Below are positions 44,901 to 57,500 of a stretch of 64,000 bases of DNA, in pieces. The notes beneath the pieces are model-generated. The model was not told the DNA's origin, did no database searches, and saw only the letters and a program-made list of their open reading frames with translations. The translations under genes and the position numbers were made by a program. Origin of the DNA: the human T2T-CHM13v2.0 reference genome, Homo sapiens; the NCBI RefSeq assembly GCF_009914755.1, contig NC_060933.1. The stretch is one strand, 5' to 3'. Positions within the stretch are counted from its first letter, which is position 1; every line of letters starts with the position of its first letter.

Positions 44901-47900
44901 ATGGAATGGAGTGGAAAGGAATGGAATGGAATGGAACAACCCGAATGGAATGGAATGTAATGGACAGTAAGGGAGTTGAATAGAATCAATCCGAATGTAA
45001 TGGAATGGAATGCAACAGAATGGAATGGAATGGAATGGAATGGAATGCAAAGGAATGGAATCAACCCGAGTGGAATGGCATGGAATGGAATGCAATGGAA
45101 TAGAATGGAATGGAATCAACTCGAGTGGAAAGGAATGGAATGGAATGGAAAGGAATGGAATGAAGTCAACTCGAGTGGAATGGAATGGAATGGAATGGAT
45201 TGGAATGGATTGCAATGGAATGAAATGGAATGGAATGGAATGGAATCAATCATTCCGAGTGGAATGGAAGGGAATGTAATGGAGTGAAAAGAAGGGAATG
45301 GAATCAACCCGAGTGGAATGCAAGGCAATGGAATGGAATGGAAAGGAATGGAATGGAATCAACTCGATTGCAATGGAATGGAATGGAATGGAATGGAATG
45401 GAATGGAATTAACCGGAATAGAATGGAATGGAATGGAATGGAACGGAATGGAATGGAATGGAAGGAAATGGAATCAACACGAGTGCAGGGGAATGGAATG
45501 GAATGGAATGCAATGGAGTGGAATCATCCGGAATGGAATGGAATGGAATGGAATCAACTCCATTGCAATGGAATGGAATGGAATGGAATGGAATAGAATG
45601 GAATGGAATTAACCCGAATAGAATGGAATGCAATAGAATGGAATGCAACGGAACCGAATGGAGTGGAATGGAATGGAATGGAATCAACCCGAGTACAGGG
45701 GAATGGAATGGAATGGAATGCAATGGAATGGAGTCATCCGTAATGGAATGGAAAGGAATGGAATGGAATGGAATGGAATGGAATGGAATGGAATGGAATG
45801 GAATCAACTCGATGGCAATCGAATGGAATGGAATGGAATTAACCCGAATAGAATGGAATGGAATGGAATGGAACGGAACGGAATGGAATGGAATGGAATG
45901 GAATGGAATGGAATGGAAAGGAACGGAACGGAATGGAACGGAATGGAATGGAATGGAATCAACGCGAGTGCAGGGGAATGGAATGGAATGGAATGCATTC
46001 GAATGGAATCTTCCGGAATGGAATGCAAAGGAATGGAATGGAATGAAAGGCAATGGATTCAACTCGATTGCAATGGAATGGAATAGAATGGAATGGAATG
46101 GAATGGAAAGGAATGGAATTGAATGGAATGGAATACCTTCAAACCGAATGGAATGGAAAGGAATGGAATCAACACGAGTGGAAAGGAATGGAATGGAAAG
46201 GAATGGAATGGAATGGTACGGAATAGAATGGAATGGAACGAACTGGAATGGAATGGAATGGAATGCAATGGAATGGAATGGAATGGAATCGTTCCGAGTG
46301 GAATAGGATGGAATGGATTCGAGTGGAATGGAAAGGAATGGAATCAACCAGAGTGGAATGGAAGGGAATGGAAAGGAATGGAAACTAATAGAATGGAATC
46401 AACCCGAGTGGAATGGAATGGAAAGGACTGGAATGGAATGGAATGGAATGGAATGGTATGAAATCAACTCGATTATAATGGAATGGAATGGAATGGAATG
46501 GAATGGAATGGAATGGAATGGAATGGAATTAACCCGAATACAATGGAATGGAATGGAATGGAACGGAATGGAGTGGAATGGAATGGAATCAACCCGACTG
46601 CAGGGGAATGGAATGGAATGGAATGCAATGCAATGGAATCATCCGGAATGGAATGGAATGGAATGGAATGCAAAGCAATGGAATCAACTCGATTGCAATG
46701 GATTGGAATGGAATGGAAAGGAATAGAATGGAATCAACCCGAGTGCAATGGAATGGAAAGGACTGGAATGGAGTGGAATGGAATGGAATGGAATGGAATG
46801 GAATCAACTCGATTGTAATGGAATGGAATGGAATGGAATGGAATGGAATGGAATTAACCCGAATAGAATGGAATGGAATGGAATGGAACAGAATGGAATG
46901 GAATGGAATGGAATGGAATGGAATGGATTGGAATCAACCCGACTGCAGGGGAATGGAATGGAATGGAATGGAATGGAATCATCCGGAACGGAATGGAATG
47001 GAATGGAATGGAATCAACTCGATTGCAATGGAATGGAATGGAATGGAATGGAATCGAATGGAATGGAGTGGAATTAACCGGAATAGAATGGAATGGAATG
47101 GAATGGAACGGAATGAAATGGAATGGAATGGAATGGAATGGAATGGAATGGAATCAACCCGAGTGCAGGGGAATGGAATGGAATGGAATGCAATGGAATG
47201 GAATCATCCGGAATGGAATGGAATGGAATGGAATGCAATCAACCTGATGCAATGGAATGGAGTGCAATGGAATGGAATGGAATGGAAACATCCCGAATGG
47301 AATGGAATGTAATGGAGTGTAAGGGAATTGAATAGAATCAATCCGAATGTAATGGAATGGAATGGAATGAAATGGAATGGAATGGAATGGAATGGAATCA
47401 ACCTGAGTGCAATGGAATGGATTCGAATGGAATGGAATGGAATGGAATGGATTCAACAAGAATGGAATGGAAAGGAATGGAATCAACCCGAGTGTAATGG
47501 CATGGAATGGAACGGAATGGAATGGGATGGAATGGAATGGTACGGAATACAATGGAATGGAATGAAATGGAATAGAATGGAATGGAATGGAATGGAATGG
47601 AATGAACCCGTGTGCAATGGAATGGAATGGAATGCATTGGAATGGATTCAACTCGAATGGAATCAACTCGATTGCAATGGAATGGAATGGAATTGAAAGG
47701 AATAGAATGGAATCAACCCGAGTGGATTGGAATGGAAAGGACTGGAATGGAGTGGAATGGAATGGAATGGAATGGAATTAACCCGAATAGAATGAAATGG
47801 AACGGAATGGAATGGAATGTAATGGAATGGAATGGAATGGAATCAACCCGAGTGCAGGGGAATGGAATGGAATGGAATGCAAAGGAATGGAATCATCCGG

Positions 47901-50734
47901 AATGGAATGGAATGGAATGGAATGGAATGGAATCAACTCGATTACAATGGAAATGGAATGGAATAGAATGGAATGGAATTAACACGAATAGAATGGAAAG
48001 GAATGGAATTGAATGGAACAGAAAGGAATGGAATGGAATGGAATGGAATCAACCCAAGTGCAGGGGAATGGAATGGAATGAAATTCAATGGAATGGAATC
48101 ATCCGGAATGGAATGGAATGGAATGGAATGGAATGGAATGGAATGGAATCAACCCGAGTGCAATGGAATGGAGAGGAATGGAATGGAATGGAATGGAAAC
48201 TACACGAATCGAATGGAATGTAATGGAGTGTAAGGGAATTGAATAGAATGAATCCGAATGGAATGGAATGGAAAGGAATGGAATGGAATGGAATGGAATG
48301 GAATGGAATGCAATGCCATGGAATCAACCCGAGTGCAATCGAATGGAATCGAATGGAATGGAATGCAATGGAATGGATTCAACGTGAATGGAATGGAAAG
48401 AATGGAATCAACACGAGTGGAATGCCATGGATTGGAATGGAATGGAATGGAATCAACCCGAGTACAGGGGAATGGAATGGAATGGAATGAAATGGAATGG
48501 AATCATCCGTAATGTAATGGAAAGGAATGGAATGGAATGGAATGGAATCAACTCTATTGCAATCGAATGGAATGGAATGGAATTAACCCGAATAGAATGG
48601 AATGGAATGGAATAGAATGGAATGGAACGGAAAGGAACGGAATGGAATGGAATGGAATGGAATGGAATGGAATGCAATGGAATCAACTGATTGCAATGGA
48701 ATGGAATGGAATGGAACGGAATGGAATGGAATGGAATGGAATTAACCCGAATAGAATGGAATGGAATTAAATGGAACGGAACGGAATGGAATGGAATGGA
48801 ATGGAATGGAATGGAATGGAATGGAATCAACCCGACTGCAGGGGAATGGAATGGAATGGAATGCAATGGAATGGAATCTTCCGGAATGGAATGGAATGGA
48901 ATGGAATGAAATGAAATGCAATGGATGCAACTCGATTGCAATGGAATGGAATAGAATGGAATGGAATGGAATGGAATGGGATTAACCCGAATAGAATGGA
49001 ATGGAATGGAATGGAACGGAATGGAACGGAATGGAATGGAATGGAATGGAATGGATTGGAATGGAATGGTATGGAATGGAATGGAATGGTACGGAATAGA
49101 ATGGAATGGAACGAATTGTAATGGAATGGAATTGAATGGAATGGAATGGAATGGAATCAACGCGAGTGCAGGGGAATGTAATGGAACGGAATGCAATGGA
49201 ATGGAATCATCCGGAATGGAATGGAATGGAATGGAATGGAATGGAATCAACCCGAGTGCAATGGAATGGAGTGGAATGGAATGGAATGGAATGGAACAAC
49301 CCGAATGGAATGGAATGTAATGGAGAGTAAGGGAGTTGAATAGAATCAATCCGAATGTAATGGAATGCAATGCAACGGAATGGAATTGAATGGAATGGAA
49401 TGGAATGGAATGGAATGGAATGCAAAGGAATGGAATCAACCCGAGTGGAATGGCATGGAATGGAATGCAATGGATTGGAATGGAATGGAATCAACTCGAG
49501 TGGAAAGGAATGGAATGGAATGGAAAGGAATTGAATGAAGTCAACTCGAGTGGAATGGAATGGAATGGAATGGATTGGAATGGATTGCAATGGAATGCAA
49601 TGGAATGGAATGGAATGGAATCAATCATGGAAGGGAATGTAATGGAGGGGAAAGAAGGGAATGGAATCAACCCGAGTGGAATGCAAGGCAATGGAATGGC
49701 ATGGAAAGGAATGGAATGGAATCAACTCGATTGCAATGGAATGGAATGGAATGGAATGGAATGGAATGGAATGGAATGGAATTAACCGGAATAGAATGGA
49801 ATGGAATGGAATGGAGCGGAATGGAATGGAATGGAAGGGAATGGAATCAACACGAGTGCAGGGGAATGGAATCGAATGGAATGCAATGGAATGGAATCAT
49901 CCCGAATGGAATGGAATGGAATGGAATCAACTCGATTTCAATGGAATGGAATGGAACAGAATGGAACGGAATTAACACGAATAGAATGGAATGGAATGGA
50001 ATGGAATGGAACAGAAAGGAATAGAATGGAATGGAATGGAATCAACCCAAGTGCAGGGGAATGGAATGGAATGGAATTCAATGGAATGGAATCATCCGGA
50101 ATGAAATGGAATGGAATGGAATGGAATGGAATGGAATCAACCCGAGTGCAATGGAATGGAGAGGAATGGAATGGAATGGAATGGAAACTACACGAATGGA
50201 ATGGAATGTAATGGAGTGAAAGGGAATTGAATAGAATGAATCCGAATGGAATGGAATGGAATGGAATGGAAAGGACTGGAATGGAATGGAATGGAATGGA
50301 ATCAACTCGATTGTAATGGAATGGAATGGAATGGAATGGAATGGAATGGAGTGGAATGGAATTAACCCGAATACAATGGAATGTAATGGAATGGAACGGA
50401 ATGGAGTGGAATGGAATGGAATCAACCCGAGTGCAGGGGAATGGAATGGAATGGAATGCAATGGAATGGAATCATCCGGAATGGAATGGAATGGAATGGA
50501 ATGCAAAGCAATGGAATCAACTCGATTGCAATGGAATGGAATGGAATGGAAAGGAATACATTGGAATCAACCCGAGTGGAAAGGAATGGAAAGGACTGGA
50601 ATGGAGTGGAATGGAATGGAATGGAATGGAATGGAATCAACTCGATTGGAATGGAATGGAATGGAATGGAATGGAATGGAATTAACCCGAATAGAATGGA
50701 ATGGAATGGAATGGAACGGAACGGAACGGAATGG

Positions 50735-50870
50735 AATGGAATGGAATGGAATAGAATGGAATGGAATGGAATCAACCCGACTGCAGGGGAATGGAATGGA
50801 ATGGAATGGAATGGAATGGAATAGAATGGAATGGAATGGAATCAACCCGACTGCAGGGGAATGGAATGGA
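50735..50870 (-). repeat. 70-bp local tandem duplication
   Basis: atagaatggaatggaatggaatcaacccgactgcagggga at 50,751 and 50,821. Confidence 0.85.
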
Positions 50871-51331
50871 ATTGAATGCAATGGAATGGATTCAACTTGA
50901 ATGGAATGGAAAGAATGGAATCAACACGAGTGGAATGGCATGGATTGGAATGGAATGGAGTGGAATGACCCCGAGTACAGGGGAATGGAATGGAATGGAA
51001 TGCAATGGAATGGAATCATCCGTAATGGAATGGAAAGGAATGGAATGGAATGGAATGGAATGGAATGGAATGGAATGGAATGGAATGGAATGGAATGGAA
51101 TCAACTCGATTGCAATCGAATGGAATGGAATGGAATTAACCCGAATAGAATTCAATGGAATGGAATGGAACGGAACGGAACGGAATCGAATGGAATGGAA
51201 TGGAATGGAATGGAATGCAACGGAAAGGAATGGAATGCAATGGAATGGAATGGAATGGAATGGAATGGAATGGAATGGAATGGAATCAACGCGAGTGCAG
51301 GGGAATGGAATGGAATGGAATGCAATGGAAT

Positions 51332-51346
51332 GGAATCTTCCGGAAT
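51332..51346. promoter_or_regulatory. Perfect 3-unit heat-shock element ~215 bp before junction J2
   Basis: gGAAt-cTTCc-gGAAt. Confidence 0.5.
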
Positions 51347-51546
51347 GGAATGGAATGGAATGGAATGGAATGGAATGGAATCAACCCGAGTGCAATGGAA
51401 TGGAGTGGAATGGAATGGAATGGAATGGAACAACCTGAATGGAATCGAATGTAATGGAGAGTAAGGGAGTTGAATAGAATCAATCCGAATGTAATGGAAT
51501 GGAATGGAACGGAATGGAATGGAATGCAATGGAATGGAAAGAAGGG

Positions 51547-51574
51547 AATGGAATCAACCCGAGTTGATTCCATT
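51547..51574. other. Strand-switch junction J2 (GGAAT to CATTC) with 12-bp inverted arms around CCGA
   Basis: aatggaatcaac-ccga-gttgattccatt. CGAGT (51,560-51,564) is shared by the left word caacccgagt(gg) and the right word (aat)cgagttgattccattgctttg. Confidence 0.95.
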
Positions 51575-54500
51575 GCTTTGCATTCCGTTCCATTCCATTC
51601 CTTTTCATTGTATTCGGGTTAATTCCATTGCATTCCATTCCATTCCTTTCCATTCCATTCCATTCCATTACAATGGAGTTGATTCCATTCCATTCCATTC
51701 CATTCCATTCCATTCCATTCCAGTCCTTTCCATTCCATTCCACTCGGGTTGATTCCATTCTATTAGTTTCCATTCCATTCCATTCCCTTCCATTGCACTC
51801 TGGTTGATTCCATTCCTTTCCATTTCACTCGAATACATTCCCTCCTATTCCACTCGGAACGATTCCATTGCATTCCATTCCATTCCAATCCATTCCATTC
51901 CATTCCATTCCATTCCATTTCGTTCCATTCCATTCTATTCCGTACCATTCCATTCCATTCCATTCCATTCCATTCCATTCCACTCGTGTTGATTCCATTC
52001 CTTTCCATTCCATTCGGTTTGAAGCCATTCCATCCCATTCAATTCCATTCCATTCCTTTCCATTCCATTCCCCTGTAATCAGGTTTATTCCATTCCATTC
52101 CATTGCAATCCCTGCCATTCCACTTGTGTTGATTCCATTCTTTCCATTCCATTCAAGTTGAATCCATTCCATTGCATTCCATTCCATTCGATTCCATTCG
52201 ATTGCACTCGGGATGATTCCATTCCATTCCATTCCATTCCATTCCATTCCATTCCATTCCGTTCCATTCCATTCCATTACATTCGGATTGATTCTTTTTA
52301 ACTCCCTTACTCTCCATTACATTCCATTCCATTCGGGTTCTTCCATTCCATTCCATTCCATTCCACTCCATTCCATTGCACTCGGGTTGATTCCATTCCA
52401 TTGCATTCCATTCCATTCCATTCCATTCCATTCCATTCCGGATGATTCCATTCCATTGCATTCCGCTCTATTACATTCCCCTGCAATCGCGTTGATTCCA
52501 TTCCATTCCATTCCATTCCATTCGATTCCATTCCATTCCAATTCGTTCCATTCCATTCTATTCCGTACCATTCCATTCCATTCCATAGCATTCCATTCCA
52601 TTCCATTCCATTCCATTCCTTTCCATTCCGTTCTATTCCGTTCCATTCCATTCAATTCCATTCCATTCTATTAGGGTTAATTCCATTCCATTCCATTCCA
52701 TTCCATTCTATTCCATTCCATTGCAATCGAGTTGAATCCATTGCATTCCATTCCATTCCATTCCATTCCATTCTATTCCGGAAGATTCCATTCCATTGCA
52801 TTCCATTCCATTCCATTCCATTCCATTCCCCTGCACTCGCGTTGATTCCATTCCATTCCATTCCATTCCATGCCATTCCATTCCGTTCCGTTCCGTTCCA
52901 TTCCATTCCATTCCATTCCATTCCATTCCGTTCCGTTCCATTCCATTCCATTCCATTCTATTCGGGTTAATTCCATTCCATTCCATTCGATTGCAATCGA
53001 GTTCATTCCATTCCATTCCATTCCATTCCTTTCCATTCCATTACTGATGATTCCATTCCATTGCATTCCATTCCATTCCATTCTCCTGTACTCGGGTTGA
53101 TTCCATTCCATTCCATTCCATTCCATGTGATTCCACTCGTGTTGATTCCATTCTTTCCATTCCATTCAAGTTGAATCCATTCCATTGCATTCCATTCCAT
53201 TCGATTCCATTCGATTGCACTCGCGTTGATTCCATTACATTGCATTCCATTCCATTCCATTCCATTCCTCTCCTTTGTACTCGGGTTGGTTCCATTCCAT
53301 TGCATTCCATTCCATTCCATTCCGTTCCATTCCATTCCATTGCATTCGGGTTGATTCTATTCAACTCCCTTACTCTCCATTACATTCCATTCCATTCGTG
53401 CTGTTCCATTCCATTCCATTCCATTCCACTCCATTGCATTGCACTCGGGTTGATTCCATTCCATTCCATTCCATTCCATTCCATTCCATTCCGGATGATT
53501 CCATTCCATTGCATTCCGTTCCATTACATTCGCCTGCACTCGGGTTGATTCCATTCCATTCCATTCCATTCCATATCATTCCATTCGATTCCATTCCATT
53601 CCAATTCTTTCCATTCCATTCTATTCCGTACCATTCCATTCCATTCCATACAATTCCATTCCATTCCATGCCATTCCATTCCATTCCATTCCGTTCCGTT
53701 CCGTTCCGTTCCGTTCCATTCCATTCCATTCCATTCTATTCGGGTTAATTCCATTCCATTCCATTCCATTCTATTCCACTCCATTGCAATCGAGTTGAAT
53801 CCATTGCATTCCATTCCATTCCGTTCCAATGCATTCCGGAAGATTCCATTCCATTGCATTCCATTCCATTCCATTCCCCTGCACTCGCATTGAATCCATT
53901 CCATTCCATTCCATTCCATTCCATTCCATTCCTTTCCGTTCCATTGCATTCCATTCCATTCCATTCCCTTCCATTCCGTTATGTTCCATTCCATTCCATT
54001 CCATTCTATTGGGGTTAATTCCATTCCATTCCATTCGATTACAATCGAGTTGATTCCATTCCATTCCATTCCATTCCATTCCATTCCATTCCATTCCTTT
54101 CCATTCCATTACGGATGATTCCATTCCATTGCATTCCATTCCATTCCATTCCCCTGTACTCGGGTTGACTCCATTCCATTCCATTCCAATCCATGCCATT
54201 CCACTCGTGTTGATTCCATTCTTTCCATTCCATTCAAGTTGAATCCATTCCATTGCATTCCATTCCATTCGATTCCATTCGATTTCACTCGGGTTGATTC
54301 CATTCCATTGCATTCCATTCCATTCCATTCCATTCCATTCCGTTCCATTCCATTTCATTACATTCAGATTGATTCTATTCATTTCCCTTACACTCCATTA
54401 TATTCCAATCCATTCTGGTTGTTTCCATTCCATTCCATTCCATTTCATTCGTGTTGATTCCATTCCTTTCCATTCCATTCGGTTTGAAGCCATTCCATTC

Positions 54501-57500
54501 CATTCAATTCCACTCCATTCCATTCCATTCCATTCCATTCCATTCCATTCCATTCAATTCCATTGTACTCGGGTTCATTCCATTCCATTGCATTCCATTC
54601 CATTCAATTCCATTCCGTTCCATTCCATTCCATTACATTCGGATTGATTCTATTCAACTCCCTTACTCTCCATTACATTCCATTCCATTCGGGTTGTTCC
54701 ATTCCATTCCATTCCATTCCACTCCATTCCATTGCACTCGGGTTGATTCCATTACATTCCATTCCATTCCGGAAGATTCCATTCCATTGCATTCCATTAC
54801 ATTCCATTCCATTCCCCTGCAGTCGGGTTGATTCCATTCCATTCCATTCCATTCCATTCCATTGCCTTCCATTCCGTTCAATTACATTCCATTCCATTCT
54901 ATTCGGGTTAATTCCATTCCATTCCATTCCATTCTATTCGGGTTAATTCCATTCCATTCCATTCCATTCCATTCCATTCCATTCTATTCCATTCCATTGC
55001 AATCGAGTTGAATCCATTGCATTTCATTCCATTCCATTCCATTCCATTCCATTCCATTCCATTCCATTCTGGAAGATTCCATTCCATTGCATTCCATTCC
55101 ATTCCATTCCCCTGCACTCGCGTTGATTCCATTCCATTCCATTCCATTCCATTCCATTCCGTTCCGTTCCGTTCCGTTCCGTTCCATTCCATTCCATTCC
55201 ATTCCATTCCATTCCGTTCCGTTCCGTTCCATTCCATTCCATTCCATTCTATTCGGGTTAATTCCATTCCATTCCATTCGATTACAATCGTGTTGATTCC
55301 ATTCCATTCCATTCCATTCCATTCCATTCCATTCCATTCCTTTCCATTCCATTATGGATAAGTCCATTCCATTGCATTCCATTCCATTCCATTCCCCTGT
55401 ACTCGGGTTGATTCCATTCCATTGCATTCCAATCCATGCCCTTCCACTCGTGTTGATTCCATTCTTTCCATTCCGTTCAAGTTGAATCCATTCCATTGCA
55501 TTCCATTCCATTCGATTCCATTCGATTTCACTCGGGTTGATTTCATTCCATTGCATTCCATTCCATTCCATTCCATTCCATTCCGTTCCATTCCATTCCA
55601 TTCCATTCGGATTGATTCTATTCAACTCCCTTACTCTCCATTACATTCCATTCCATTCGGGTTGTTCCATTCCATTCCATTCCATTCCACTCCATTCCAT
55701 TGGACTCGGGTTGATTCCATTCCATTCCATTCCATTCCATTCCATTCCGGAAGATTGCATTCCATTGCATTCCATTCCATTCCATTCCCCTGCACTCGCG
55801 TTGATTCCATTCTATTCCATTCGATTCCATTCCATTCCCTTCCTTTCCGTTCCATTCCATTCCATTCCATTCCATTCCATTCCGTTCCTTTCCGTTCCAT
55901 TCCATTCCATTCCATTCTATTCGGGTTAATTCCATTCCATTCCATTCGATGGCAATCGAGTAGATTCCATTCCATTCCATTCCATTCCATTCCATTCCAT
56001 TCCATTCCATTCCTTTCCATTCCATTACGGATGATTCCATTCCATTGCATTCCATTCCATTCCATTCCCCTGTACTCGGGTTGATTCCATTCCATTCCAT
56101 TCCAATCCATGCCCTTCCACTCGTGTTGATTCCATTCTTTCCATTCCATTCTAGTTGAATCCATTCCATTGCATTCCATTCCATTCGATTCCATTCGATT
56201 GCACTCGGGTTGATTCCATTCCATTGCATTCCATTCCATTCCATTCAATTCAATTCCGTTCCATTCCATTCCATTACATTCGGATTGATTCTATTCAACT
56301 CCCTTACTCTCCATTACATTCCATTCCATTCGGGTTGTTCCATTCCATTCCATTCCATTCCACTCCATTCCATTGCACTCGGGTTGATTCCATTACATTC
56401 CATTCCATTCCGGAAGATTCCATTCCATTGCATTCCATTACATTCCATTCCCCTGCACTCGCGCTGATTCCATTCCATTCCATTCCATTCCATTCCATTC
56501 CGTTCCGTTCCATTCCAATCCATTCCATTCTATTCGGGTTAATTCCATTCCATTCCATTCGATGGCAATCGAGTAGATTCCATTCCATTCCATTCCATTC
56601 CATTCCATTCCATTCCATTCCATTCCTTTCCATTCCATTACGGATGATTCCATTCCATTGCATTCCATTCCATTCCATTCCCCTGTACTCGGGTTGATTC
56701 CATTCCATTCCATTCCAATCCATGCCCTTCCACTCGTGTTGATTCCATTCTTTCCATTCCATTCTAGTTGAATCCATTCCATTGCATTCCATTCCATTCG
56801 ATTCCATTCGATTGCACTCGGGTTGATTCCATTCCATTGCATTCCATTCCATTCCATTCAATTCAATTCCGTTCCATTCCATTCCATTACATTCGGATTG
56901 ATTCTATTCAACTCCCTTACTCTCCATTACATTCCATTCCATTCGGGTTGTTCCATTCCATTCCATTCCATTCCACTCCATTCCATTGCACTCGGGTTGA
57001 TTCCATTACATTCCATTCCATTCCGGAAGATTCCATTCCATTGCATTCCATTACATTCCATTCCCCTGCACTCGCGCTGATTCCATTCCATTCCATTCCA
57101 TTCCATTCCATTCCGTTCCGTTCCATTCCAATCCATTCCATTCTATTCGGGTTAATTCCATTCCATTCCATTCGATTGCCATCGAGTTGATTCCATTCCA
57201 TTCCATTCCATTCCATTCCATTCCATTCTATTCCATTCCATTGCAATCGAGTTGAATCAATTACCTTTCATTCCATTCCATTCCATTCCATTCCATTCCG
57301 GAAGTTTCAATTCCATTACATTCCATTCCATTCCATTCCCCTGCACTCGCGTTGATTCCATTCCATTCCATTCCATTCCATTCCGTTCCGTTCCATTCCA
57401 TTCCATTCCATTCCATTCCATTCCGTTCCGTTCAATTCCATTCCATTCCATTCTATTCGGGTTAATTCCATTCCATTCCATTCGATTGCCATCGAGTTGA

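Larger units (their letters stand above)
21702..51562 (-). repeat. HSat3 block 2, reverse-oriented (~29.9 kb), G-rich (GGAAT) strand on +
   Basis: + strand reads (ggaat)n with reverse complements of the same variant words (caacccgagt, caactcgatt, ttaacccgaat, gagtaaggg). The MEWNG-type ORFs switch to the + strand exactly in this interval. Confidence 0.97.

Noticed and set aside
21702-51562. Reverse block as a transposable element with terminal inverted repeats or target-site duplication
   Set aside because: The content is the same satellite, with no transposase or RT, no TSD and no shared terminal sequence. The palindromes are centred on each junction, not paired between the ends.
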